Shown here: piece after piece, positions 13,930-27,927 of the stretch
Position numbering within the stretch: the first letter of the stretch is position 1
How the letters are laid out: every line of letters starts with the position of its first letter
From: Octopus vulgaris
Taxonomy: Eukaryota
NCBI GenBank assembly: GCA_951406725.2
Contig: OX597840.1
Span: 10,106,001 to 10,170,000 of the forward strand
DNA length: 64,000 bases
Direction: 5' to 3'
Position numbers and translations under genes: made by a program
The notes under the pieces: generated by a model
Databases searched by the model: none
The model's input: only the letters and a program-made list of their open reading frames with translations
What the model was told of the DNA's origin: nothing

Positions 13930-14142
13930 ATATCGCAATACAACACAGTGGCTGTGTGAGCTACGAAATCCTTGTTGCCACTTTTATATCGCACGTTCGG
14001 ATGACCTCCACTCAACTCCGACGTCTAGACTTCTCCCTATATATCTACGTATTGGGCTAGCCTACTTCGTCGTCTGGGGGGGCGTCCACACAACACACAG
14101 ACACACACACACACGTATATATATATATATATATATATATAT

Positions 14143-14171
14143 CTGACGAAGAGCTCCGCTCGAAACGTTAA
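14143..14171 (+). ncRNA. Minimal hammerhead core, duplicate of 12208
   Basis: Identical CTGACGAAGAGCTCCGCTCGAAACGTTAA. Confidence 0.6.
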
Positions 14172-14275
14172 GTCCTCCTTCTTTCTTTCCTTTCCTGACC
14201 GTCCAATAACACTATACTTGTTCCACGTCCTCGTGTTGTTGTGTTTTCTCTTTGTGTTTTCATGTTTGGATTCCC

Positions 14276-14337
<62 letters not shown>

Positions 14338-14552
14338 AGTAATTGAATGAATTATCTTATTAAGGATAATTCGAAAGATAACCGATACCTGGGTAGCAAA
14401 TTCACATCAGAAAGAACACGGTTGAAGCTACGTCCCTAGGGCATAGACTACGTGTCTTCGGAATTAGGAATATGCAGCCTTCGAAACATATGTAGAGAAT
14501 AAAGGATATTTGTTAACTAGTTGTTCAACTCCGTTCTTTCATATTTCATATA

Positions 14553-14629
<77 letters not shown>

Positions 14630-15052
14630 TTATACATACATACATACATACATACATCGGTGCATTTGTATGCCTATGGATCTATTGATTATGCACGTTT
14701 GTATTATCCATGCGTTGCTATGTTTTTCACTGTCTTTTATTTGCTTCGATCCGTGGAAACTCTGTCAAATGCAGTTCTCAACACAGAGAAACAAGATATA
14801 AATGAGATTTTATACTTTTTATGTTCACCTTGTACAATGGTCGAATGCTGAGCAGATTTCAAGTTACATAATACAAGCGCGCGCATACACACGCACGTAT
14901 ATGTTTATGGATAATTGCATATGTGTGTGTATACATATATCATATATCTATTTATATATATGCACACACCTACATACATACATACATACATACATACATA
15001 CATACATACATACATTCATTCATATATGTATATATATCTATATCTATCTATC

Positions 15053-15100
<48 letters not shown>

Positions 15101-15147
15101 TTGATAGATTGATAGATAGATACATACATAAATAGATAGATAGATAA

Positions 15148-15223
<76 letters not shown>

Positions 15224-15238
15224 TTAGATAGATAGATA

Positions 15239-16110
15239 CAGGGTGCGTAAGGTATTTGAGGACATACCTCTTTTGGGTCATTGTTGCATTTTTGCTAACT
15301 CTGTATAATCTATGTTTCAGAAAATAATAATGGCAGACCCTCAGCTTTTATTGTGGTTATAAAGGCTGAGCATAGCGATTTAGAAATATCTCGATCTTTA
15401 AAAGTTGTCAGATGTTTCGTCTACAAAGTTTATAAGGAACTAGAGACTGAAGATGAAAATGTATCACCTGTATCGAAGCATAAAAAGCATTCTAAATGCT
15501 CTGAAATCATCAGAACACCTGAATTTATCCAGCAAGTTTAACAGATCATTGATTACATTCCCAGAAAGTCCATGAGGTCAGTTGCAGATCTCCATGTGTC
15601 AGAAGGAACAGTCAGAAATGTTGACCCCTAAGACATTAGATATGAGTCTTATATGATGAGGAAAAGTCAGTTTGTCCAAAAAAGCAAAATAAAATTAGTA
15701 CATAAGATCTAAACAAACTAAAAAATCCAACAGAAGAAGAGTTGATTTGCCTTTTCTCAAACGAGAAAAACTTCGCCCAAGATCAAAAAGATGGTTATAT
15801 GCAGACCCTTCTGAAGTTCCAAGTGTTATGCATACAAAATTTCCTGCAACTTTCATGGTTTTAGGGAGTGTCAGAAAGGAAGGCCATGTGATGCCTCCTT
15901 ACTTCTTTCTACAAGGCCCGAGAGTTAACTCTGCTGCTTACATTGAGGTCCTGGAAATAATTGTTAAGCCCTGGATAGACAGTCTATGGAATGGAAGGTC
16001 ATTTTTGTTTCAGTAAGACTCTGCACTCTCACACATGGCTCTAGTAACACAGGAATGGATGGCTGAAAGGTTTCATGATCACATAACCCCTAACATTTGG
16101 CCGCCAAATG
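15239..16110 (+). pseudogene. Degenerate Tc1/mariner-superfamily transposase
   Basis: TA|CAGGGTG start; translated remnants FSNEKNF, TKFPATFMVLG, KPWID, FLFQ*DSALSH, WPPN; stops and frameshifts. Confidence 0.8.
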
Positions 16111-16519
16111 TGACACTTTATATCACACTTAAAGACAGTCGTGTAACGGCACTGTGTCACCACAGAAGAGCAGTGTGTCACTACAAAGTTACATCGAAAG
16201 AGAATCATGTGGTGGTTAATCAATTTGCTAGAAACAGCAACTAAATTTCTCTGAAATCATAACTTAATTGTATGACACATTTGATGATATACTCCCAGGT
16301 ACTTCTAGACACAACAAGAACTGGTCAAGAATGGAATGCCTTTGCTACAGTAACAACACAAAGCTCATTTTAACCAATGTTGTTCGAGGGTTTCTCATGG
16401 GTCTTCCGATCAGCTAGACAAAGATGGTCACGGACGGAACGTCTTTTATGATAGTGAATCTATTGGTTTTGGGAGGACAGCGACCAAACTGTTATAAATA
16501 ATCTTTTAACGTCAGCCAC

Positions 16520-17040
16520 TGCCACAACCGCCACCACCACCACCACCACCACCACCACCACCATCACCACTACCACCACCACACCACCACCATAATCAAA
16601 ATCATCCCCATCATCACCACCATCTCAGTCGCCGTCTCCACCAGCACCACCACCAGCACCACCACCACCATCACCACCATCATCACCAGCACCAGCACCA
16701 ACACCAACACCACCACCATCGTCACCACCACCACCAGCATCACCACCACCACCACTACCACTATCACTCTCATCACCACCACCACCACCACCACACATTC
16801 ACTATCACCCCCACCACCACCACCACCACCACCACCACCACCACCACCACCACCACCACCACCACCACCACCACCACCATCACCACCACCACCACCACCA
16901 CCACCACCACCACCACCATCACCACTACCATCACCACCACCACCACCACCACCACCACCACCATCATCATCACCACCAGCACCACCACCAGCACCACAGC
17001 CACCATCATCTCCCTCGCTGCCACCGCCGCCACCACCGTT
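16520..17040. repeat. (CAC)n microsatellite
   Basis: Direct reading. Confidence 0.95.
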
Positions 17041-18292
17041 ACAAGAGCTAGCTGCTGCTGTTGCTGTTGCTGCTGCTAGTGACTCTACAGCTGTTCTCTG
17101 CAGCTGCAGCTGCTGCTCGTATCTACTTTCACTTTCATTTTGCTGCTGCTGCTGCTGTTACCATCATCAGCTGCTGCTGCTGCTGCTGCAGTTAGCAGCG
17201 ATGTCAATACGTGATGCATATTTCCTCGTGCACTGTAAATAACTGCACTAAACACTACATTCTTCTTCTTCTGATGCAGTCGTGACACACATCGAGTTCG
17301 AACCTTCATTCACTTCGATCATACGATACAAGGAATTTCACACATCGGCTTCTTCTCCTTCTTCTTCTCCTTCTTCTTCTTCTTCTTCTTCTTCTTCTTC
17401 TTCTTCTTCTTCTTCTTCTTCTTTTTCTTCTTCTTCTTCTTTTTTTCTTAGTTTCTCTATTTTCTTTCTTCGTTTCTTTCTTCCTTCCTTCCTTCCTTCC
17501 TTCCTTCCTTCCTTTCTTTCTGTCTTTCTTTCTTTCTTTTATTTCTTCCTTCCTTCCTTCCTTTCTTTCTTTTATTTCTTCCTTTCTTTCTTTCTTCCTT
17601 CCTTTCTTTCTTTCTTTCTTTCTTAGCTTCCCTCTTCATTTCTTCTTCCATTCACATCTACTGACATCTCGAAGTGGCCCGCTTTCTACAAGAATTTCCA
17701 CCCGACCCCTATATAATTACCGGTACTGCATCGGTCACAGGAGGAGAGCAAAGCCGACCCCGGCAGGATACGAAGCCAGGAATATAACAAAAGGGCGCAA
17801 GTAAACACCGCAAGGTACTTCTTTCGGACTTTCCAATACAACAATTTGCCCCAGGCTTATATACACCTCCTTCTATATATATACCCGGTTTCTCTGAAAT
17901 CTGAATACCCGGATTAAAACAGCGCATTTGTGATAAACACACGGATTAAAATACCCGTTTATCGATGCACATTCGGACTGGAATACCCGTTAGTCTATGA
18001 ACTTCTTGATTTAAACACCATGTTTGCGGATGCACCCAGTTTGTCTTGTGAATACCCGAATTGAATACCCGTTTTGGGATTCATACACTTTATGCTACAG
18101 CAAAATTGTAGGCACTGTTACGGTTGTTGAAGAGGTGGTGGTGGAATGGCGCAGTGTTGTTGCTAGCGAGGTAGTGTATGCTGTTTGATTTGACTTGCAA
18201 ATTCAATAAATACACAGACATACATATATACACAATTCTATATACGCAAGTACACACATACACACACACACACGTCTTCTAGGTACTCTCTG

Positions 18293-18360
<68 letters not shown>

Positions 18361-18673
18361 CCTTCCACGGGTAAACCTCACCTGTCCTCCCCTTTACACT
18401 TCATATTGACATTTCTGTGATAACGATCCCTATTGATCAATTTTTTTTCCTTTCCCTTTTTTTTCCTCACCTCCCCTTTTTTTCTTTTTATTTTATCCCC
18501 CCCTTTTTTGTCCTCTTTCTTTCCATTTACGATCCCTTTTGATCGAAAACCAAACCCCCTGCTTTTACCCCCAGAAGAAAAGCTCTACCTTGTAATTTTG
18601 TCCTGTCTGTGTGCAGCCCTGTGTGGCTAATAAAGAAACATATCTATCTATCTATCCATCCATCCATCCATCC

Positions 18674-18750
<77 letters not shown>

Positions 18751-18906
18751 CTTATCTACCGATCGATCGATCTTTGTATTTATAAAGCTATCTGTCTGAC
18801 TGTTTCTGTCTGTCTGTCTGTTTCCGTCCCTCCCACTTTCTCCCGCTACCCCCTCCTCTCTTTCTTCTTCCTCATCTCTCTCCATCCGTCTCTCTCTCTC
18901 CCTCCG

Positions 18907-18939
<33 letters not shown>

Positions 18940-19460
18940 GAGCCCAACTACGTAAACACTACTGTGTTCACACGTGTACCATCACAGCTGATTATGTAAA
19001 CATTGTGGCGCAGACTTCCACTAATCTCCGCCGCACACCAACACACGCCACCGCCCACCGCTAAACGCGATCGTACATCGCCACACTCCGTCACACACCA
19101 CTACCTATCGCTGCTCATCGCTGCACACCACCGCCATCTCCAATGAACAGCATGGGAGTATACCATTGGGTATACAACCGTTATTTCTGAACCATAGCAA
19201 GACATTACAACATAAACACACACACAGAAACACACACACACACACACACACAAAAACACACACAAACACAAACACACACACACACAGACACAAACACACA
19301 CACACAGAGACACACACGCACACACATACACACACACACAAAAACACACACAAACACAAACACAAACACACACACAAACACACACACACAAGCACACTCA
19401 CACACACATACAAACACACACACACACAAACAGACACAAACACACACACACAGACACACA

Positions 19461-19519
<59 letters not shown>

Positions 19520-19800
19520 CTTTAATCATATCAATTTCTCATTTACAAAAATAACGAGACCACACACATTTGGCAGAATACAGACGATTGTATATGAACC
19601 CAAGTAGTTAACTGGTACACTATTCTTTGGGCACAAGAAATATGAAAAGTGAAGTTGACTTCGGCAAGAATTGAACTCAGAACGTACAAAACCCTTGCTA
19701 AATAACTGCGGATCACTTTGTTCGACGCACTAACCATTCTGCCAGAGAACCCTACACCAGAAACCATTGTTGAAAAACATAATATACACACGTAATATAG

Positions 19801-19844
<44 letters not shown>

Positions 19845-19894
19845 AATCCAAACGGGAAACAAAAAAACAACATTCATATACATACATACATATA

Positions 19895-19982
<88 letters not shown>

Positions 19983-20111
19983 TACATACGTACACACATA
20001 ACTGAAAATTCGATATGTAAACAAATACCCAAACACACATACATATACCAACGCAATCATAAACACATATACACACACTCTACTCTTTAGACCTGCATTA
20101 AGACCGGAGTC

Positions 20112-20173
<62 letters not shown>

Positions 20174-21477
20174 AACACACAAACACACACTCTATACTAC
20201 TCTATTATTTATACACACACATAATTACAGACATACATAACCGTACACACGCATATATAAATATACATAACTATTTACACACATATATACACACACACAC
20301 GTTTCTACAGACCAGTGAGGGAATATTTATGTGGATATCCAATTTGCAAGAAATAACAGCTACTTATAACCTGCCCCTCGACCAAACGCTATTGGACTAA
20401 AAAAAAAAAAGGCACCTTTGTTCTGCACTGTTCGGTATACAAAACCGATGGAATAGTCACGGTTGAAAGCTTTGTTGACTGTAACTCTACTTGATCTGGA
20501 TTGACCAAGGGCTAAACAAGAACGGTACCAACAACAACAACAACTGCAGCATCAGTATCAACAGAAACAAAACAACATATACACACACATATATATATAT
20601 ACACATATATATACACACACATATACATACACCATTTAAGCATATACAACACTTTAAATAACTGTATATTTTAAAATAAGGCATATATATATATACACAC
20701 ACACACATACACAGACATACACGCACAAGCACATTGTATTCTCATGCGTACAGTGTATACACACACATATATACACACCGGCACATTATATACATACAGG
20801 GGGACTTCTAGGAAAACATGCAAGTAATAAGAGACATACATTCGTCAAATCACACACTGCCCAGTCAATGAAAGAAGGACACCTTGGACAATGTAGTCCA
20901 AGGTGTAATGATTGCATGAGAGACAGGATGGTCACAGCCGGAACGTCTTTGACCATAAGAATGGTGGGTCAAGTCTGACTTGGGTCGACAACGTTCACAG
21001 CTAAACACGCACAACAACACACACACACACATACACTACATATAAACGTTCGCACACACATACTCACACACAAACACACACACACACACACACACACACG
21101 CGCGCACGTACACTTGTATATATACGCTACAAGCACTTACTGACCACACGCAAGACCTCACCACAGCTTGACAACCGGTGTTGGTGTGTTCACGTCCTCA
21201 TTGATTTGCAGTTTGCCCCCCCTCCCCCAAAGATTAACAGAATAAGTATAAGAGAAAAAAGGAGAGTACTGGTGTTGATTCGTTCGACTGAAATTCTTCG
21301 AAGTGGTGCCCCAGCATGGCCGCAGTCTAATGCACTGAAACAAGTAAAAGATTATATAAAAAGACAAAAAGATATAAATAAAAAAGTGTATACATATATA
21401 TATATATACATACATATACACACATATACACACGCACACATATATACATCTATATATATATACACAAACGACATACA

Positions 21478-21508
<31 letters not shown>

Positions 21509-21516
21509 TATATACA

Positions 21517-21552
<36 letters not shown>

Positions 21553-21569
21553 CACACATATATATACAC

Positions 21570-21606
<37 letters not shown>

Positions 21607-21679
21607 TATATATATTTATATATATATATACAAACGACACACACATACAGACCGCTTATTGCACATCCACACACTCACT

Positions 21680-21720
<41 letters not shown>

Positions 21721-21922
21721 TCACACCCACACACACATATATATATACGCGACGGAATCCATTCCTTTCTCTCTACGGCCATTTCACTCCCCGCTTCGCC
21801 ATTTGCAACCACGTGTTCAGCGGCAAAAAACAACAACCCCAAAACAAAAAACAAAAAAACAAAAACAAAAAATAACGAAAGACAACACATTTGTCTTTAA
21901 AAAAGAGGTGTTTTCTTTTACA

Positions 21923-22007
21923 ATGTTGAAGCGCCGAACTCGATTCGCCTTGGATTCTCTCTTTCCGTGGAATTTAATATCACTTTTATTGCTTACTCAC
22001 TTCGTAG
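21923..22007 (+). CDS. Candidate first coding exon encoding a signal-peptide-like N-terminus
   Basis: ACA-ATG context; MLKRRTRFALDSLFPWNLISLLLLTHFV then G|GTAAGT consensus donor, phase 1; lies in unique sequence. Confidence 0.5.
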
Positions 22008-22094
22008 GTAAGTTCAGACAATCTTCACTTCATTTTCGTTTTCGTAATTGCTCAATTCATGTTTTAACCTTGTTTTGGTTTTTGTTGTTATTGT

Positions 22095-22153
<59 letters not shown>

Positions 22154-22182
22154 GTTGTGGCTGTTGTTGTTGTTATTGTTAA

Positions 22183-23675
22183 AGGCGGCGAGCTGGCAGA
22201 GACGTTAGCATGCCGGGTGAAATGCTTAGCAGTATTTCGTCTGTCTTTACGTTCTGAGTTCAAATTCCACCGAGGTCGACTTTGCCTTTCATCTGCCGCT
22301 ACGTTCTGAGTTCTGAGTTCTGAGTTCAAATTCCACAGGGTTCGACTTTGCCTTTCATCCTTTCGAAGGCGGCGAGCTGGCTGAGACGTTAGCACGCCGG
22401 GCGAAATGCTTAGCAGTATTTCGTCTGCCGCTACGTTCTGAGTTCAAATTACGCCGAGGTCGACTTTGCCTTTCATCCTTTCGAAGGCGGCGAGCTGGCT
22501 GAGACGTTAGCACGCCGGGCGAAATGCTTTGCAGTATTTCGTATGCCGTTACGTTCTGAGTTCAAATTCCACAGAGGTCGACTTTACCTTTCATCCTTTC
22601 GAAGGCGGCGAGCTGGCTGAAACGTTAGCACGCCGGGCGAAATGCGTAGCCGTATTTCGTCTGCCGCTACGTTCTGAGTTCAAATTCCACAGAGGTCGAC
22701 TTTGCCTTTCATCTTTTCGAAGGCGGCGAGCTGGCTGAGATGTTAGCACGTCAGGCGAAATGCGTAGCCGTATTTCGTCTGCCGCTACGTTCTGAGTTCA
22801 AATTCCGCCGAGGTCGTCTTTGCCTTTCATCCTTTCGTGGTCGATTAAATAAAGTACCAGTTACGTACTGGGGTCGATGTAATCGACTTAATCCGTGTGT
22901 CTGTCCTTGTTTGTCCCACCTGTGTTTAGCCCCTTGTGGGTAATAAAGAAATAGGCATTTCGTCTGCCGCTACGTTCTGAGTTCAAATTCCGCCGAGGTC
23001 GTCTTTGCCTTTCATCCTTTCGTGGTCGATTAAATAAGTACCAGTTACGTACTGGGGTCGATGTAATCGACTTAATCCGTTTCTCTGTCCCTGTTTGTCC
23101 CACCTGTGTTTAGCCCCTTGTGGGTAGTAAAGAAAACGTTCTGAGTTCAAATTCCGCCGAGGTCGACTTTGCCTGTCATCCTTTCGGGGTCGATTAAATA
23201 TGTACCAGTTACGCACTAGGGTCGATATAATCGACTTAATCCGTTTGTCTGTCCTTGTTTTTGTCCTCTCTGTGTGTATCCCTTTGTGGGTAGTAAAGAA
23301 ATAGGTATTTCGTCTGCTGTTACGTTCTGAGTTCAAATTCCGCCGTGGTCGACTTTGCCTTTCATCCTTTCGGGGTCGATAAATTATGTACCAGTTACGC
23401 ACTGGTGTCGATATAATCGACTTAATCCCTTTGTCTGTCCTCGTTTGTCCCCTCTATGTTTAGCCCCTTGTGGTCAATAAAGAAATGAGAATCGTTAAGC
23501 ATGCCGGGCGAATGCTTAGTTCGTCTATCTGCACGTTCTGAGTTCAAATTCTGTCGGGGTTTGCTTTGCCTCTCCTTTCTAGGTCGATAAAATAAATACC
23601 AGCCGAGCCCTGAGACCAATGTAATCGACTTACTCTCTCCTCTGAAATTGCTGGCCTTGTGCCAAAAATTGAAAC
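22183..23675 (+). mobile_element. SINE B tandem array (repeated 5' units, then repeated 3' units)
   Basis: Five GGCGGCGAGCTGG heads (about 118 bp period), then several 3' units ending AAAGAAA. Confidence 0.9.
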
Positions 23676-23695
23676 TACTGCTACTACTACTACTA

Positions 23696-23920
23696 TCGGG
23701 TTGTCCAGAAAGTTCGTGCCGATTTATAGTAGCTTGCATTTCGACTTACCCTTCCAGGCACCTAAGTTCTGGGAAGAGGGTATTTTCAAGTTAAAGGAAA
23801 GATGGAGACGCATTGGGCAACAAAATGGTTCATATTTGGTTGATTAAAAATGTAATGGCAAGTATTTATTGACCTTTTTCTTTCCTTTAAAAATCGGTAC
23901 GAACTTTCCGGACAACCCAA
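23696..23920 (+). mobile_element. Internally deleted mariner element
   Basis: TIRs TCGGGTTGTCCAGAAAGTTCGTGCCGATTT and AAATCGGTACGAACTTTCCGGACAACCCAA; left TA; encodes mariner C-terminus FWEEGIFKLKERWRRIGQQNGSYLVD. Confidence 0.85.
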
Positions 23921-23934
23921 TGCTATTGTTATTA

Positions 23935-26590
23935 TTATTCAGTAGTCTTACTTTTTTCACTTGCTTTCATTGTCCTACCGAGCGCAGCTCTATGTGCCTT
24001 GGGTATGTGCTGTGGATTGTTGCGATGCTCTTACTTTTACTGTATTGAAAGTGTTTTATATAGGATGTGTGCGGTACCTTGTAGTACTATTTTCTGTATG
24101 TTATATGTGCTTGTAAGTCCTGGTGTTTTTGTTATGTATTTGTCTGAATATTTTTTTTATCATACCTCATGCGCTCACTATGATAGGAATTGTTTCTGTT
24201 TTTTAGATTCCACATTCGAGTTACCTTTATTTCCAGATCTTTGTATTTTGAAAGTATCTTCGTGTCTTTTAGAGAAACATTGTCATCTGCCGGTATTGAT
24301 ACATCGATTAGAAAGCATTTTTTCTTGGTGATCTCTGACAACTATATCTGGTCTGTTGGCCTTAATTTCTCTATCTGTGTGTATTGGCATATCCCAGAAT
24401 ATGGTTGCTTTCTCATTTTCTGCGACCTTCTTTGGCGTGTGCCTATACCATATTTTTTCTGTTGTTATTCCATAATGTTGGCATAGCTTCCAATGTATGT
24501 AGGTTCCAACTCTGTCGTGTCAGTATATTCCTCCTTAGCCAGGACTGTGCAGCCAGAGACAATATGATTTATTGTTTCTTCTCTATTCCCACATATTCTG
24601 CAGTTACTTGTAGTTCTTTTCATTACATGTTTTTGGTAATTTCTGGTGGGATTGCTTTGATCTTGAGCTGCAATTAAAAATCCTTCAGTCTCTGCTTTGA
24701 GTCCTGAGCTTCTCAGCCATCGTTGGAATTTTGCTTTGTCTATCTCTTTTCTGTTTAGCTTAACCTACTATCTGCAATGAAGAGGCTTTTCTTGCCATCG
24801 TTTTATCGCAATCCGTTGCTGTTCTAGTTTTAGTTTGGATTTCAGTTGTTTTATAGTTTTTGTTGTTTCTCCTTCTTCTTCATATTTGTTAGGTAATATG
24901 ACTTCTTTTTTTGTATTTATCAGCTTCCTTAAAGACTGAGAACAGTTTTTTTTTGTTTTGCTCGTGTTTTGTGGCTATTTGTGTTAGTTTTCCTTGCTTC
25001 TGAAGTAGGTATTTTTGCAGTCCTACGGTGGCTATTTTATAATAGTTTTCCAGCTGTATAAGGCCTCTACCACCTTCTATAGGTTGTTTATATAGCCTTT
25101 CTATGTCAGATTTTGGGTGGTGCATCCTAGATCCTGTCATTATTTTTCTTGTTTTCCTGTCTATTTTGGTTAGTTCATTTAGTGTCCAGTTAAGGATATT
25201 GTAGCTGCAACTTATGACTGGCACGGCTAGAGTGTTGATGCCCATTATCTTGTTTTTCATATTAAGCTATTTTCAATATTAATCTAACTCGTCTATAGTA
25301 TTCTTTCCTTATCCTCTCTTTCATCTGTGCGTGTTGTATCGTATCTTGTTCATTGATTCCTATGTATTTGAGTCTGGCTGTAGTCTAATTCTCTTATTTC
25401 ATTTGCTTTGTCTAGTGCGATGTTGCTACTCTTAACTAGTTTTCCTCTTTTCAAGGTTGATTTGGCACATTTGTCAAAGCCAGACTTCATGTTTACTTCT
25501 GTGGTAAATCCATGTACTGTCTGTTGTAGTAAATGTTTCCAGCTGTTTATCATTTGTAGCGTACACTTTTACATCATTCCATCATTCCATATACAAGAGG
25601 TGAGTAAATTAATTTGCCGTAACAGTTGTATCCACATCAAGTTCTGTTTAGCATGTCAGACAAAAGTGTCAGTGCCAAGCAGAAAAGGAGTGGAGAGAGT
25701 GCATCTCCTTAGAATATTCCCCTTCTAATGGGGATGGCTTTGGTTTATATGAGTCCCACTTTTGTCTGGAGCTGTAGCACTGTCTGCCATTTATTCATGA
25801 AATGTTTTATATATTTTAGGATTATTTGTGCTACTTTCTTAACGGCTAGTGTTTCTAGGATCTACGCGTGAGGAATACTATCAAAAGCCTTTCGGTAATC
25901 GATCCAGGCCATACTTAGACCCTTCTTCTTTCTGCGGCTGTCTTCAGTTATGGTTTTATTGATCCGAAGCTGACCTTTACAGTCCTATGAGCCCTTGCAA
26001 CATCCTTTCTGCTCTTCTGGAAATAGGTTGTTTTCTTCCAGATGCTTGCTCATTCTCTGCGATATTATTGCAATAAAGGCTTCGTAAATTGTAGTGAGAC
26101 ACGTTATTGATCTGTAATTTTGTGGGTTTTACCGTTTTAGTGGATTTGGGAATTAGGATAGTTTTCCTTTCCTTGAGCCATTCAGACATTGTCTCTGGAC
26201 CTGCTAGTATTTCATTAAATTTCTCAGCAAGCTTTTTATGTTCCTATTTTAACCAGAAGTCGGGGATTTTGTCGTGCCCGGGTACCTTCCAGTTGCTTAA
26301 TTTTTGCAGTGCCAGGGAGACTTCTTCAGTTGTTATAGGAATCCAGAGTTGTTCAGGTGCTGTGTTCGTTGTTTTGATAGACATTTTCTGAGGTTGTTCC
26401 TTCGCCGACCATATTTCTTTCCAAAATTCTTCCACTTATTCTGCTATTGGTGCTGCATTGATCTCTTTTATTTTTGCTAAGTTCTAAGAAGAATCCTTTG
26501 AGATTGGAGTTGAACTTTTTGTTTTGTTCAAAGAAACGTTGGCGTTTCTCATACCGGAGGATTTTTTGTGCTTTGGCAAGGATATCTTGC
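23935..26590 (-). pseudogene. Decayed R4/Dong-clade LINE (reverse transcriptase plus restriction-like endonuclease)
   Basis: Remnants PGHDKIPDFWLK, YRKAFDSIPH, NKIMGINTLAVPVI, HPKSDIERLY..GGRGL, LKAETEGFLIAAQDQ, KCFLIDVSIPADDN..KYKDL; short (AAT)n tail; many frameshifts. Confidence 0.9.
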
Positions 26591-26599
26591 TTTGGCAGG

Positions 26600-26760
26600 A
26601 CATACTCTTTGTAAGCCTAGTGCTTATTCTATCGGTCTCTTTTGCCGAACCGCTAAGTTACGGGGACATAAACACACCACCATCGGTTGTCAAGCGATGT
26701 CCGGAGACAAACACAGAGACACAGACATATACGCACACATATATACATACACACACGCAC

Positions 26761-26794
<34 letters not shown>

Positions 26795-26975
26795 ATACGT
26801 ATATACGACGGGCTTCTTCCAGTTTCCGTCAACCAAATCCACTCACAAGCCTTTGGTTGACACGAGGCTATAGTAGAAGACGCTTGCCCAAGGTGCCACG
26901 CAGTGGGACTGAACCCGGAACCATGTGGTTCGTAAGCAAGCTACTTATACATACATATATACATGTATATATGTT

Positions 26976-27018
<43 letters not shown>

Positions 27019-27369
27019 GGCGGGATTCTTTCAGTTTCCTTCTACCAAATCCACTCACAAGGCTTTGGTTGGCCCGAGGCTATAGTAGAAGACGCTTGCC
27101 CAAGGTGCCACGCAGTGGGACTGGACCCGGAACCATGTGGTTCGTAAGCAAGCTACTTATACATACATATATACATGTATATATGTTTGTGTGTGTATAT
27201 ATATACGGCGGGGTTCTTTCAGTTTCCTTCTACCAAATCCACTCACAAGGCTTTGGTTGGCCCGAGGCTATAGTAGAAGACACTTGTCCAAGGTGCCACG
27301 CAGTGGGACTGAACCCGGAACCATGTTGTTCGTAAGCAAGCTAATTACCACGCAGCCATTCCTACGCCT
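26600..27369 (-). mobile_element. SINE family A with triplicated head
   Basis: Three head/CORE units, one truncated tail. Confidence 0.9.
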
Positions 27370-27509
27370 ATGACAAGAGCTCCTCGGCAATGACTGTAAT
27401 TTCCAGCTAAGAAGGATACAAGGAGACGGAAGCAGAATGAATTCTTAATCAGTCACGTGGGTGTTTCTAATCTAAGCAAGTCGTGTCTATATTTGAATAA
27501 ATATCTTTT

Positions 27510-27927
27510 GGATCTTTCCGGTTTGAACGGCAGTTTTTTCTAGCGGTGTCATATGAAATTGTCACCCATAATTATGATCCTAGTATCGATCTATTGCATT
27601 TCAATCTGTTTTAGGGTTAGGGTTAGGCTTAGGGGTGGAGGGGAAGAGTATCTTTTTTTATTCACAAATGTAAATAAACCCAATCTGTTTCTTAAACGAG
27701 GGACATATTCATACGGCACATAATGTTTTTTTTTACATCAATAGACGTCACTGATTGGTTGAAATTGCAGAAATTGAAGACAAAAACAACAACAAATATC
27801 TTACAAACTATAGAATTTTCTCAATAAAGCCAAGAGAAAAAGATGTTTTATAAACACATTCTACCAGTATACGAAGTTTAAACGCGTTTAGTTACGTGGA
27901 AATTATTAAAAAAAACTGCCGTTCAAA
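27510..27927. mobile_element. Non-autonomous TIR element with internal TTAGGG repeats
   Basis: TTTGAACGGCAGTTTTTT and AAAAAACTGCCGTTCAAA inverted ends; TTAGGGTTAGGGTTAGG near 27611. Confidence 0.65.

Noticed and set aside
24889-25260. Functional reverse transcriptase gene
   Set aside because: Fragment of a LINE with many stops and frameshifts
27610-27635. Telomere or chromosome fusion site
   Set aside because: Only about three TTAGGG units, inside a TIR element
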